Shown: one piece after another, positions 1 through 14,670 of the stretch
Position numbering within the stretch: the stretch's first letter is position 1
How the letters are laid out: every line of letters begins with the position of its first letter
Assembly (NCBI RefSeq): GCF_009914755.1
Contig: NC_060930.1
Source: the human T2T-CHM13v2.0 reference genome, Homo sapiens
Direction: 5' to 3' (one strand)
DNA length: 64,000 nucleotides
Notes under the pieces: model-generated
Seen by the model: only the letters and a program-made list of their open reading frames with translations
What the model was told of the DNA's origin: nothing
The model's database searches: none
Program-made: the position numbers and the translations under genes

Positions 1-573
1 TCACAATAAAAATTAAAGTCTAGGGAATTGTTAGTTGTTTGCTCATATGAGCCACAGAAATGGCTGGTATTTTCTGATAATTTGCTGACCATCCAGGAGG
101 CCCATATTTGAGATTCACTGAGAGGGAACTCTCTGATTACACACTCTAGTATGAAGCTCCCTGACTCATATAGAATATAACCATGATTCATTAATTAACT
201 CACTAATTCAACAAAGATGGGCAGAATGTCTCCTCCCCGTTGTCAGTGTATTAGGGGATAGGAATAAAAATATATATATTGCAAGGCTATGTTAAATGCC
301 ATTTATCCTTTAAATATAGGCTACTTGGGGACACCCAAGGATGGGGACATGGATGGAGGAAGTAGTTGTTCAGGGCTTTTGCAGTTGTCGGCCTTCCCAA
401 TACCCTTCTCCTGTTGTCAGGCGTATAACCCATGTGGCATATTTGTCAGAACTGGAAAGATCTCCTTCCTTTCTATGGAATCAGTGCCATGCTGCGACTC
501 TATTTCAGCTCCCATTCCTTCACTAGTCAGGCACCCTTGTACACTACACCTTGTAAGCTACAACCTGCACGAC

Positions 574-934
574 TGCAGTGAATTGAAGGTTTATATCCCC
601 TCACATTCCAAAATTTGTATATTAAAACCCTAACCCCCCATGCGCTGGTATTAAGAGTTGTGGCCTTTGATTGGTGATTAGGTCAGAAAGGTGGAGCCCT
701 CATGAATGGGATTACTACCTTTAGAAAAGGGATCCCAGAGGGCTCTCACACATGAGGATATAAGGAAAAGACAGAAGTCTGCAACCAGGAAGAGGACCCA
801 CACCAGAACTTGACTGTGCTGGCACCCTGATCTCGAACTCTCAGCCTCCAGAACTGTGAGAAAAAAAGATTTTGTTGTTTATCAGCCACCCAGCCTATGG
901 TACTTTGTTATAGCAGCCTGAATGAACCAAGACA
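574..934 (+). mobile_element. MaLR solo LTR, MLT1A-like
   Basis: ggagccctcatgaatgggatt, caccagaac...gctggcaccctgatctcgaac...cagcctccagaactgtgaga, ends tagcagcctgaatgaaccaagaca. Confidence 0.8.
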
Positions 935-3541
935 GCAGTTCACAGTAGTCTCATGGGCTCTTCTTTCTCAACCTTAAGGTTTCTGTTCTTATGTCCTCTC
1001 CCCAAAGAGGACAACAATATGCCTTTTATTGTGTTTTCCTATTTTCTATGTTTCAAAGTACTTTTCAAACACCCACTCCAATTGGTCAGATGAAATACTT
1101 TTAAAATAAGAAAAAGCAGGTACTATTCTTTCTTTTTGATAATGTGTATAATCAGCCAGGTGAATGAATTTACCTAATAATTTTCACTAGGAACAGGAAA
1201 AGCCATGAACCATACAAGTTTGTCACTTAAATGTGTGACCTTGGGCTCTCCCTTCCAGGTGGCCCCTTCACCTTCTCTCCCCAACTCAAAGAGGCCTTCC
1301 GTATCCCATTCTTAAGGAATGTATTGCCCAGTTCATCACACCTAATTATGGGATGCTATATTTAGGAAATGCATATTGCCACAGGAAATTCTCTCCCTTG
1401 GAAAATAAGTTAAATGGAAGGATTCCCTGGGGGAAGCAGGGAGGATATTAGAAGCAGGTAGGTTTTTCAGTCCCTGAATTCACAGTATGAGGGTCTCCCA
1501 TGTGTGAGGGTCTCCTTCCACATACACCTCCCACAGTGTGAGGAGCCTTTCCCCCATGGAAGGCACTTGTGGTCACACAGAACATAACAGGAGGAGCTGG
1601 CAGCATGAATGAGGTTTTCTGAGACTAGTCAAAGAAGTTGGAGACAATCCATAAAGGTACCATACACCTCATTTTACTCCACACACACTTTTATACAGTG
1701 CTGGGCAAAGTCATGGTTTTAAGCTTATACAGTATGGGAGCTCACAACATAAAAGTATTTTACTGTAAAGCTCTTAATTAAGATACTACTAATCTAATTT
1801 GTCTCTTGGGTAAATCCATTTTCACAAATAAAATTTGTTTAAAATAACTTAGACATAACTTAGGTAGCAAATTAATTTAAGTATATACATCACTTATTGG
1901 TGTGTTTTCATTTACTTACTCAGAAAAGTAAACCTCTCCCTTTTTACAATGGCAGTTGGGTTTATTGCCATGACATTTAAAGGTCTTTTAAAAAGTTTTA
2001 AATATAAGCTTATGTAAAATTTTGCTAAATTTTTTTTGAATTATTATGTTAACATTTATTTAATAATTATCTCACCCAGTTTTGGAAAACCTTTAAAACT
2101 AATTCAAAAAACTAAATGTTGAAACAATAAACAAAACTCCAAAACCTCAGACTTAATTTTGTATTGATCTTGACTATTGTTAATCTAGAAAAAAGACAAA
2201 TGTGAGCATCCTTCTGTGGTGGAAAGGATACTTAATTTTACAAGTAAACAGAAGTTCATCCAGTCACATGGAATTAAGAATCCAGGAAGATCAATGTAGT
2301 GAACCCAAGATTTTCATCATAGTTGAACTCAAGATATTCATCACTTTAAACACAGAGACAAAACAGTATTAACAACCAATGTTACACAAATTAAATCTAC
2401 ACAAATGAAAACCATACCATCTGCCCCCATTTCAAATTTCTATAAAACGGGTCATGTGAATCTAAAATCACACTATAAAAATTTGGTTTTGGCCAAATGA
2501 AGTTCTTTTGTGAAGGACTCACAGATCTTTCAGCCCTACTGAGCACTAAATCAAGCTATTTATTTTTATACACTCTGCTGAATTTAGACAATGTTTTTTG
2601 GCATTTTGAAAAATTACTAAAGTTCAAGTTTTTACACAATTGTTTAACATAATCCAAACTTTACTCTCATTCCCACTTTGAAATCAAACCTCCTATTTAC
2701 TTTATTATTCTTGTTATCACAGCCACACTGAGTGTTTCAGAACAAACACGGCTTTCTTTGGATCGCTATGCATTCTAATTCATTGCCAACTTTTACAAGC
2801 CTTTTCCACACATGCAAAGAGAGAGCTGCAGAAAATCCACATGACAACAACAACAATAACAACAAACCTTTGGGAAGAATATTTTACTTGAAATTAGTTG
2901 CTTGCTCATCAAGAAATCATACACTAGAAGATACATTTACAGTATATAGAAAGGCTGACTGTTAAAAGCCTTCAGAACACATTAGTAGGACTGCTGGTAG
3001 TAAGACAAGAGATTTTTCAGTTCTGGTACAAACTCCCCAAGGTTTCTGTAGGATGAAATTACTTCCCCCACCATAGAAAACCAGGAGCACTCTTCATACC
3101 ATACCAAGGTGCATCTTGGCCAGTTTCAATCAAGGATTCTGAGGCATCAAGGAAAGTCACAATGAGCTGGTAATTTTCAAGGCTTGTCACCATCCACACT
3201 CAGTAAAACCTGTAGCTGCAAACTGAAAGGTTGTCGAGTTCTTACAGCCCTTGTCAGATTAGTCAGGGCTCTACAAATGTCCAAACCCAGCTTCCAAGAT
3301 GCTCTTTGCAGTAACACTTAGAAATGAGTTTACCGCCAAGTAAGCCTATTAACAAATGAAATGCGCATGGACAAGAGTAACTAACATTGCTTAAATCAAA
3401 ACAGATCTTGACTTCCTTACCTTAATACTAGGAAGCATAGTAGCTTTGTTTTTGTTTTTGTTTTTTTATAAGGGGGTACTGAAGTTTGTTCAACAGCAGC
3501 AGGCCTTGCTCAGCCCCCTACTCCACAGGGAATTAACCGTC

Positions 3542-3635
3542 ACATTCCAGCCCTGTCATCAGAACAATGAAAGGTGAATGTTGTGCAAAACAGCTTGGGA
3601 ACACTAACTGATGATGTCATTCCTCCCTTATATGG
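3542..3635. promoter_or_regulatory. Candidate SRF/TEAD element: MCAT (ACATTCCA, 3542-3549) and perfect CArG box (CCTTATATGG, 3626-3635)
   Basis: Exact motif matches in non-repeat sequence. Function is inferred only. Confidence 0.4.
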
Positions 3636-6600
3636 CTCATTATTGTGCAGATTTACTTTGGTCTGTGAGAAGGGGTGGAGCTGCCCAAGACTGGAAGGGA
3701 AGGCAGCTCTTAAGAAGCAAAGCAAGTGAATGGGAATTACGCTCCACACTAAGGGAAATGCATTGGGAGAGGGATACATTTGGGGAGGAAGAATGAAATA
3801 AAGAAAAGATATGCATAAAATGTCAAATGGGCCTCACTCCCGATTTCTCAAACTAGCTAAACTCTATACAGTTCTATTCAGCACATACTGGAATTTAAAT
3901 AGGGATCCCACTAGAGCCTAATCTATGATTCAGCCAACAGGAGAAAATTCATGTTTCAACTAAAATGCCAGTTAAGGTACATGGTATCTAAATGAAAACA
4001 CTGCAGTATGGCTACAGAATGCCAAGTGCCTTTCATTTTAAAAATCATTTCATCTTTACAAAATATTTTTACTTGAATTTTTTTCCCTAAGTGTTTTTAA
4101 ATGGCAAAAACTGCTGTCTGCAAAAACAAAAGTAGGTGAATACATTCAGCTAAAGTTAAAGAAGTGTCTGTTTCAGCATTTATACAAAATGTTTTCAAAA
4201 GCTTCTATCATCTTCAAATTAGTTGTCCCTCTTCTCTGTTTTTTCTTTTCTTTTTTTCCCATTGTTTCTTCCTCCCTTCCTTCCTCCCTCCCTCCTTCCC
4301 TTCATTCCTTTTTTCCTTCTCCCTGAGAGAGTGTATGAGTGATAAATCTAGTCAAAAAGCCATTAGGTAAATTAAACATTCCAGTATAATTTTTTCTAAG
4401 CCATATGCATAGAAATGTATGTCATTTATGTTATGAAATTTCATTTCAATTACAGAATAAAAGCACGATACCAGATAAATTAGTCAAATTAACTTTAAGG
4501 TTAACAGAATTAAATGTTTGCAGAGCATTTTTAAGCCTTCAGATATCTTTTATACTACATAAGTATAAGCCATTATGTTATGGCATAGAAAAGAATATGA
4601 AAAAAAATAAGGTCAAGACCATTGCTTTCTTACATCCCTAATGTTCAGTCATGCCCTTTGCTTTAAGAATATGTCTAACCTCTCAATAGCCTGAACTGAA
4701 TATAATAATTACTTCATGTTTCAAGGTTGTAGTACTAAATAAGTGTGTTTTCATTACAGGGTTATAATCAAATAATGTAGCTTTCTGTAAAAGTTACATA
4801 AAGCAATGTTCATTGTTAAGGTAAAATTACAGATACTAACCAATTAGTTATTGTTTTGTTTTTTGTTGTTGTTTTGTTTTTTAGCTATTTTTTAATATGG
4901 ATGGGGAAACTGACATTGAAGAAGAAAACAAGAAACTATTGCCACTGCCTGGCAAGGCTGCACTAGTGCTGGGGGAAGAGGCGTCTTGGCAATTGATTGA
5001 TAGACTTAATCTGGGCTTGGCACCTACTTGGAAGGTAACTAAAGGGTATATTTTGTAACTCTGTGGCTTCAGTTAACTCAGCTGTATAATAGGGATATGG
5101 GTTTTAACTTACAGGGCTGTTATGAGAATTAAATAAAATAATGTAAGTCAGGGCCACAGAATCTGATGCATAGTGGGCCCACAATATATAATATGTTTCT
5201 GCACAGTTTAATGTTGATGATGGTAGGCAGTTTGTGAAAATATAAACTTGTGGTCTAATTTTGACAGGCAACATAAACCCATGTGAAAAAAAAAAGGGAA
5301 TCAAGGGGTCAGGACCGATTATACAATCAAGCGGCAGGCATCTTGTACTCAGTTTGCTTCTAGTGATTCAAACTTGAATTATAGTCCTGGGGAGGCATTG
5401 CTTATGTTCAAGCCATATTAAATCAATATTTAGAGACAAATGATAATAGCAAGGGGAAATGTTTTATTACCTTTAAAAAACCTTTTTTAAAAATACCACA
5501 AATGTCAATCACAGACAGGTTTCTTTTCCCTCCCTGTTTAATACCACTAAACGACTACATTCAAAGTTAATTTAAAACTCCACTATTGAGACTCACTCAA
5601 AAAGGCTATATTTATTATAATTAATTAACACCCCCTTGGCTAAATAACACTGTTTATTAGAAGCCTCTTGGAAGCCAGAGATGTTTAAATGGTGCTATAA
5701 CCCTTCTTAGAGTCACAGTAACAAGAAACGTCCCACTATTAGCTTCTGAAGGGCAGGGTTCTTTCTGTGTCTTTCTGTTTTCAGGAAGTATCTTGTATTC
5801 ACTCATTCAACAAATACTTAATTGGTTGCCCACCAAGGACCAGGCATTGTCTTAGACACTGGTGCCTAATTTTTTTTTTCTATGAATCATATACAACCTT
5901 TCTTCAACTCCTCAGCACATATTAACTGAAATGTATACCCCAATGTAATATAGTGCATGTGGAAAGTATTATTGTGATTATAGGTCCCCAGGTCGAGTCC
6001 TAAGTCCACTATGAGTGGGAATCTTCTAAAAACAATTATAACTTTTTAAAGCACTGGATCCTAGAGACAGAGTATCCAGGCTCCTATTATCCTTTAAGCA
6101 TCTGGTTGCCATGAAGCATCATGACCTGACCAAGTGACTCTTTAAAACAAGTCTTCCTTCAGTTGCTTCTTTTTCAAATTGATAAGGAAAAGAGATGTAA
6201 AGAGGACATGATTCCTGAATTATGAAAAAGATCTAGTTTAGCATATGGCAAGTTGGAAGTTTCTCAATGTATGTGGGCAATCACTGGGCTTGCCAATGCA
6301 ATATGCTTTCATCTCACAAAACTTTTTTTTTTTTTTGTAGCAGAGCAGGGTGTGCTCCAGAAATTCAAGAAGTGGATGCATGGCAGGGCAGGAAGAAGAA
6401 CATCATAGGATACACTAGAAGCACTGCACTTGCCTTCCTTAGTTGGGGCAGAGGTGCATTCTTCCAGGATTCCACCTTGGAAGCTTGGGAATGGTGTATC
6501 AGGTCTGGATAATAGTTCTTCCCACAACTATGCCTTCTTCCTTGGGAATAACATAATCCAAAACTTACCGTATGTTACAGATTCCGGGAGAAGTGAGAAA

Positions 6601-8443
6601 AACCTGAGAGCACTGGAAAGCTGAGTAAATCAGAAAGTACTGGAGGCAGAAATGGTAGTGTAGATAAGAGCACTTTCCTGATTTGAATACAGGTTTTTTA
6701 CAGAAGTTGTTGTGTGTTATTTAGTCACATTGTACTAAATGACAAAGACTAGGTAGTCTAGAGCATTCCTCCCCTCTAAGAGCACGCTGGATGTGGTGCA
6801 GTCATAGTCCACCATTTCCTGTTTCCTTCATACTTCAGGTCAAATGAATGTGCTTCCTTAAGCATTTAAGAATAAAATAAATAAAAGGAACTCTCAGTGA
6901 CCTCTTATATGATATTAGGAGCTATGCAGAAAATATTTTTTAAAATCCTTAAGTCACAGCATTTCTGAACTTAAGAGGAATGAGTTAAGACTAAGTAAAG
7001 TTGACCTCTTGTTTGCAGTTAAAGCTCACATTCAGCCCCTGAATAATATTTGAATAGTTTCTTGGCTAAGAGTTCACATCCAAGAGCTGAATATGTTATG
7101 CATTGAACATGAAAGACCCAAACTTTGATTAATCTTTTCTGCTCAAACTTTTCACCACCATGAAGCACTTTCCAAACACAAGCATTCTTGGAAAAAGAGT
7201 GCGCACACAGTCAAAGAGCCAGAGAGGAGCAACCTCCAAACATTGAAAACACCACCTTCCCAAGTTTCAGCCTCCTCTCTGGAGTCCAAGATTTGTAATG
7301 CTAATCCGACTACCTTCTTCCACTCTAGAAAAAAAGTAAAAATACGAAAACAATGTAGTTATTCACTGTAGTGATACGAGACAACACATTTTTCCAGCAC
7401 TTTCCTTTCTTAGCTTTTTCTTGGTGTATAAGTTTATGCAAAAACAATATTTACTTGTTATTTATTGTGATGACAAATGTCTGCCAATTTAGAGCAGAAT
7501 TCCCAGAGTTTTTTATTCCAGAAGAATAATCTCACTTATCACTTTTTCCATACCCAATTTTGCCCATGAGGCTGAAATAAACGATTAGATCAATTAAAAA
7601 CTCAATCCAACTAGTTTGGAATGCGGGGAACAAAAACTCCCCTCAGTTGTTGGAAATGTTCACTTTTAATACAGTTGCTTCTATAACCTGGATTAATTTA
7701 TTTTCTCTGGAATTTATACATCTCACTGATGCTTCAGTTCATGAAAAAAAATCCATAGGAGACTTCGATTTTGCATTTCTGACATAAAGAACATCTGTTA
7801 AAGTTAGAATTGATCTACAGTTGATCATTACAGTTGCCTGGATTACAAGTGATAGTTTCAGTGTATTGATAGGTCAGAAAGCATTTCCAAAATCTGTTAC
7901 TAGAAAGCACTAGTTGTTCACTGTCTAAATGTTTGTCACTTGGGTAGACTCTGAGGCTGTAACTATTGATGGAAAATTTGTCTGTTGAAGTCCCATTCTA
8001 ACTGGACTGTTTATTATTTCCTGATGATTTTTATTGTGTGTTTCTTAAAATGTCTCATCTACTCTGGTTCCTGAGGACTCTCTTGATTAATTAATGCTTA
8101 TTTATCTCTCTGAAAAATAGGCATGAATTTTCATCTATATACATAAACTGAATCACAATCTACTTTAGAAATTATAGGGTAAATCTGTGCTAGACTTTCA
8201 AAATAAGTGAATTTGTATCTGGACTCTGCTAAATAACACAACAACTTCTGTAAAAAAATACATGCTTTTAAATCCTTCAGTTTGGTAGACTATTAGGCAC
8301 AGCTCTTCACATTCACTTTTTTTTCTCATTTAAAGCAATTTGTTTTATGCAGCTGTTGGGAAAAGAAAATTAATATTCTACAGATTATTCGAATAAGTAA
8401 GTTTAAGCTGTGTTTAATCCTTTCAAGATATAAAGTGTGGGGA

Positions 8444-8750
8444 GGCCAGGCGCAGTGGCTCACACCTGTAATCCCAGCACTTTGGGAGGCCAAGGCAGGG
8501 GGATCACTTGAGGTCAGGAGTTTGAGACCAGCCTGGCCAATAGGGCGAAACCCAGTCTCTACTAAAAATACACCATTTAGCCAGGCACGGTGGTGGGCAC
8601 CTGTAGTTCCAGGTACTCAGGAGACTGAGGCAGGAGAATCGCTTGAACCTGGGAGGCAGAGGTTGCAGGGAGCCGAGATCACACCACTGCACTCCAGCCT
8701 GGGCAACAGAGCAAGACTCTGTCTAAAATAAATAAATAAATATATATATA
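8444..8750 (+). mobile_element. Alu (AluS-like)
   Basis: Full dimer, (AAAT)n/(AT)n tail, TSD atataaagtgtg at 8428-8439 and 8751-8762. Confidence 0.95.
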
Positions 8751-9377
8751 ATATAAAGTGTGTCCTGTCACTTCTTTTTAATGTATTTTTTAAATATACA
8801 AATTTATAGAAATATAGCAATAAACTTATGACCCCAGCAAAATAACTCCAGCACTTCCTCTCCCAAAGGATGCTTCTAGTTACCACATATTTTACTTCTT
8901 ATAAAATTTTATATGGCTAAAAATCATAATATTGCTTTTTAGAATAGAAAGTAAGTCATGTTTTTCCAGCTATGTATTTCATAGTTTTATTTTATTCCTC
9001 AAATATAATTTTTTATTACATAGAATTTATCTGTCCTTTGGAAACTTAAAATGTAAATGCTAAATTTTCTTCTGACGCAAACCACAACTGTTATATGGAT
9101 GGTTCTCCTGAAATGGTAGACACTAGATCAGGCCAGAGGGAAATACTCTCACTAAAATACAATCAGTTGTTCCCAGCGTTTACAAATAAAGTATAGGAGC
9201 CATACAAAAAGATGACTATGATAATGGTCATTACTAAGGGACCCAACTTTTGCCAACTGATTTGGAATGCCATCTTTAAAATGTATTACGTTTTTATACC
9301 TATATAATCTATCTCCAGAAATTCCATCAGCTCTATTGGTCTGTCTGCTCATGTACCAATACCATGTTATTTTATGA

Positions 9378-9803
<426 letters not shown>

Positions 9804-9921
9804 TGAACTTTAGAATCCCTTAATTTAGTTCCCATACTTAAAAAAAGGTATTTTTAGAACTACATTAAAAAGTTGATATTAGGATTACATTAAATTTGTG
9901 AATTAATATTGGGAGACTTGA

Positions 9922-10248
<327 letters not shown>

Positions 10249-10789
10249 TGATGTTGAGTCCTCCAGTCTTAGAATATGATCCTTTCCATTGGTCTCAGTC
10301 TTTTTCATGTCTCTAGGTAGCATTTAAGATACTTCTTTATGTAGATCTTTCACATTCTTAAATTTATGCCTAGATATTTTATATTTAATATAGTTTGTAT
10401 GTAATATAGTTTATATTATTTTGTCATTTGGAAATATAAAAACTACTGATTTTTGCTTATTGATTTCATGTAATTTTGTACTTTGCTACTTTACTTTATT
10501 GAAGTCTCTAATTGTTTGCAGCAGGTTTTCAGTTTTCCTGAGTCTACATATAATTAAATACAATAACAGCTACCCTCAAACAATAGAAGAGTTTACTTTT
10601 CCTACACGTTGCATTGTTCTCAAAATGTCTTAGTTTGATAAACCGTAAATCATGATTTAGTGAAACTTGTATTGTTTTCCTCCAAGAGTTTAATACACAG
10701 ATGAGTAAAAGAAATGATCCCTTTAGGTATTACATGCTATGCCTTGTGAATGGGGCTATATATTCATTATCTCATGAACATAAAATGCT

Positions 10790-10920
10790 ATGAGATAGGT
10801 ACTTGGTTATCTCCATTCTATTTAAGAGGAAACCAAAAATCAGAGAGGTTAAATAACCTATCCAAAGTCACAGACCACAAGTGATAGACTTAGTAACTGA
10901 ACTCAGAGTTATCTGTCTCT
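10790..10920 (-). mobile_element. MIR fragment
   Basis: gaggaaac...cagagaggttaaataac...ccaaagtcaca core. Confidence 0.65.
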
Positions 10921-11741
10921 AAATGAAATGCAGGAGACTAAGAAAATAACTGTCTCTAGGTTACAGATTTTATGAGGGTCTCACACCATGTAACTAGAGT
11001 AACCTAGAGAAGAAATTGACTGCAGTTGAAGAGGTAAAACTTAGATCAGATAATCCTCTGAAGGTCACAAGATATTTGGAAGCACATCATATGTAATCTG
11101 AAATGCCTCAATACTGCATTATTTCTCCTCAGCACACATACAGATTATTTTATCCATGGAGTGGTACTAATTGCAGGCCTCACACTCACGTGTGCAAGAA
11201 ATACAATGATCTTCATTTTTCTGAATCTTTTATAATTTCTATTTGGGGTCCCATTCCACAGGTAACAGAAACTTCATCTTAGTTAATTACGGGTATGCTC
11301 ACCCAAGCCTAGTTTCCTTTAGTAAATTCAGACTTCAGTCAAGTCAGGATCTCCTGAGTTCATTCTAGGGCTTCAAGCCCTCATTTCTGGAGTTGCGACT
11401 AACCTCTGGGACCATTAGGAAGGTGGATGAGAGGTCATCTGCTCATCATTCTTCCACACAGGCATCCTCTGAGATGCACACTGTGGTCTCTGATCTCAGT
11501 TGCCAATCTGTCCAAGTTCCTGATCCAAGTCAGTCACAGTTTCATGCTCTTGACCAGCCCTGCCTCAGCTATTTCCACAGCCTTTCAAAGGCACAGGGAA
11601 AAATCTAGATATTCTTTTAGAGTGGCAGGAAACTGAGGCTGTATCAAGCTTTCTCTGACTAAACATACTGGTCACCATTTTTACTCTTTTTCTCCTGAAT
11701 TCTTGGAGGGAGAACCACAAGTTTTGCCTTTCTCTTCGACA

Positions 11742-12120
11742 AAGACTAAATTGTGCCCCCCAAAATCCATATGCTGAAGCCCTAATCCCCAATGTGACCT
11801 TATTTAGAGACAGGACTTTAAGGAGGTAATTCAGGTCAAATGAGGTCATAAGGTTGGAGTTCTAATCTGATAGGATTGGTAGCCTTATAAGAGTTGGAAG
11901 AGAGTGAGCTATCTCTACATACACATGAACTGGAAAAAGCCCACGTGAGCACACAGGGAGAAGCCAGCCATCTACAAGGCAACAGAAGAGGTCTCACCAG
12001 AACCCAACAATTCTGGCATCCTGGACTTTCAGCCTCTGGAACTGTGAGAAAATACATTTCCATTGTTTAAGCAAAAGAGTCTATAGTGTTTTGTTATGGC
12101 AGACCAAGCAAACTAAGATA
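11742..12120 (+). mobile_element. MaLR solo LTR, MLT1B-like
   Basis: aattgtgcccccc...tgaagccctaatccccaatgtgacc...ctggactttcagcctctggaactgtgaga...aactaagata. Confidence 0.8.
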
Positions 12121-13628
12121 CTCTTGGACTCCACCTGGTAATCCCTTCAGTCTAGAATTCTCCACACCAACTCTCTTTGGGTTTTATATTACTCTCCATC
12201 TTTGTCCCCCACCCACTCCCCAGAAAAAAGCTCTGAACAGAGCCTCTTATTTTGGACTACCCCCTCCTACAGCATAAACTTCTCTTGCTTCCTTGTTTCT
12301 ATCCTCTCAGAGAAACATCTTATCTAAATGGGAAAGAAGAGGGGTGATAAACAAAAATTGGATCCACTTGATTACATATTCTTTCTAATGCTATACCTGG
12401 ATCCTTGCTTTTGATCCTACACACCAGATATTGATTTCTGTTCTCCCGTTTAGTTGTGACAAATTTCTCTTGAGGCAGTGGTTGCTCCTGGGTGACTACT
12501 CAAATGGGGACAGGCCACAAGGAAATAGAAAATACTAGGTTAAAAGATCCAATTACTATTGCACTATAATACATTTTCTATAATTGAGCACAAGCAAATG
12601 ATAATGTGAAAGCTATAACAATTTTATTATTGTAACCCTTGGTCTCTGAGGTTCTAAGAACAGAGCCACCCAGATTAGTTAAGATGATGGGAGTTCTTAG
12701 AAAGAATATGCCAAAAAGTGAATAAATACAGAAAGCTGTCTCCACAGCCAGATAGGCCCAAAGAGAACTGGAATATTGTTCATCATTGTTTAACATACAC
12801 CTGCAGTTCCAGTAACCCAACAGCAATGCTTATGGCCCAGTGCTTGTCATCCCTTCAGAAGTAGGCATCCATTGTAACCCCAGCTATGATGTGGTTTTCT
12901 TTACTCCAAGAATTTCTATGTTCTGGTGTGGTTTTTTTGTTTGTTTGTTGTTTGGTTTTTGGTGGTTTTCTAGGCTACTGTTGTCCTTTCTTCTTTCTGT
13001 TTTGTATGTCTCATGAGGGTCTCAATGGATTAGCTGACCACCATCAAACAGCACATGCCAGGCCACCTCATCCACCTCAGTCTCTCTAATGTCTAGGCCA
13101 TCAAAGGTTGCAAACTAGCCACTTTAAAGACAAAGTGGCCAGGAGATGGCTTTGTTCACCACACATTATTTTATCAATTTGAGTCAACATTGAAAAACTG
13201 GAATATCTTACTAAAATCAGAGTTCTATCATTTTCTGAAACATAAGAATGGACAACACTGGGCCTACCAACTAAAATGGGGTCAGTTAGCCTGAGCTAAA
13301 CTTTACCTTTCCCTGGTGGTCAGAGAATGGCCTCTTCAGTCTAGCAGTTTCAACCACTCATGCCATGTATGCTGAAGAGCTGGGTCAGCTGGCTCTGGAG
13401 GCACTTGCACTGGAGACCTCTGTGACCTTTGTCCAGGACAGTTGTCAACTTCTCTAACTGGTTGTGACCAGCATTTACAGGGCCACATGACAAAAAGAAT
13501 GACAGCAATGTGAAAGGAGCTGCCTCCATTTCTCTCAGTATGAGGCCTTTTCAGCAAATCAGGAACTTAAGAGTTTCAGGGACTATCTGGTAATATCCTG
13601 AAAACTTTTTGAAATAGATCAGCTCTCT

Positions 13629-13730
13629 GGAGGTTGCAGTGAGCTTTGATCACACCACTGCACTGCAGCCTGAGCAACAGAGCAAGATGCCAACTCTAAA
13701 ACATGAAAAATTTTAAAAATGTTTTTAAAA
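13629..13730 (+). mobile_element. 5'-truncated Alu (3' end of right arm only)
   Basis: ggaggttgcagtgagc...cactgcactgcagcctg plus decayed A-tail. Imperfect TSD aaatagatcagctctct / aaaagataaactctct. Confidence 0.75.
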
Positions 13731-14035
13731 AGATAAACTCTCTCAATGACTGGTTCAGATCTAGAGAAACTGTGCCAACATGAACATCTACCCTTACTGG
13801 GTTCTCACTATTTCTCATATTTAAATGTCAAATACTGTCCTCCACTGTTGCTTTTCTTAGGACTTTTCTAAAATAAGAGATATCAAACACCAGGACTAAG
13901 GCATTCCTACATAGCTTGTTGAAATCATTTACAGTAAAGTGTACTTCTTGCCCATTTTTGCTCAAGCCCTCCCTTTCAACATTTTTTTTCTTATAATCAG
14001 TTTTCTTTGATTATTATCTCATCCTTTTGTACAAT

Positions 14036-14670
14036 TGATATAGGAGTTAAAAAGAAATTACTTAGGCAGATAGTGAGAGTATGGAAGTCCTTGGTAAGGT
14101 TTTCCTTTTAATGAAAAACAGCCCCCAAATCTTTTTTTTTTTTTTTCTAACAAAGAGCAGCCCGTAAAATTGAGCTGCAGACATAAACAAGCAAGCGGGA
14201 AGCTCGCACAGGTGAATGCCAGCAGATGTGCCCGTAGGAATATACTACCTGGGACTAGGCCTGTTCAAAATGGCAGGGCCATCTTCTTTTTGCCAGCCTC
14301 ACGTACAGTAAGGAGCAGACAAGCTGGTGCCGGCCAAGTGGAAAACCATTTGCATAATAAGATTAGGTGGGGTGACCAGCCTTTTCCGTGCGCTATGTAA
14401 ACGTCACACCTGGTCAAACCAATCTGTGAGCCCTATGTAAATCAGACACTGCCTCCTCAATCCTGCCTATAAAATCTGCTGTGGTCAGCCGTCTTTTCCT
14501 TTTTGGACACCTCTCTCCCACAAAGAGAGAGACAGCTGCTCTCCTCTCTCCTTTCTTCTGCCTATTGAACTTTCTACTCCTTAACCCACCCACATGTGTC
14601 CATGTCCTTAAACCTCTTGGCACAAGATGAGGAACCCCGGGTATTTACCCCAGACAGCAATGCCACTTCA
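14036..14670 (+). mobile_element. ERV1 solo LTR, LTR9-family-like
   Basis: TG...CA termini with 4-bp TSD caat. Octamer ATTTGCAT at 14348-14355, CCAAT near 14419, TATAAAA at 14468-14474. Resembles my recollection of the LTR9 consensus; the subfamily is uncertain. Confidence 0.8.

Noticed and set aside
6562-6610. Strong minus-strand donor ACG|gtaagt with possible upstream AGs
   Set aside because: No clear polypyrimidine tract or plausible exon; isolated consensus donors are common in long introns.
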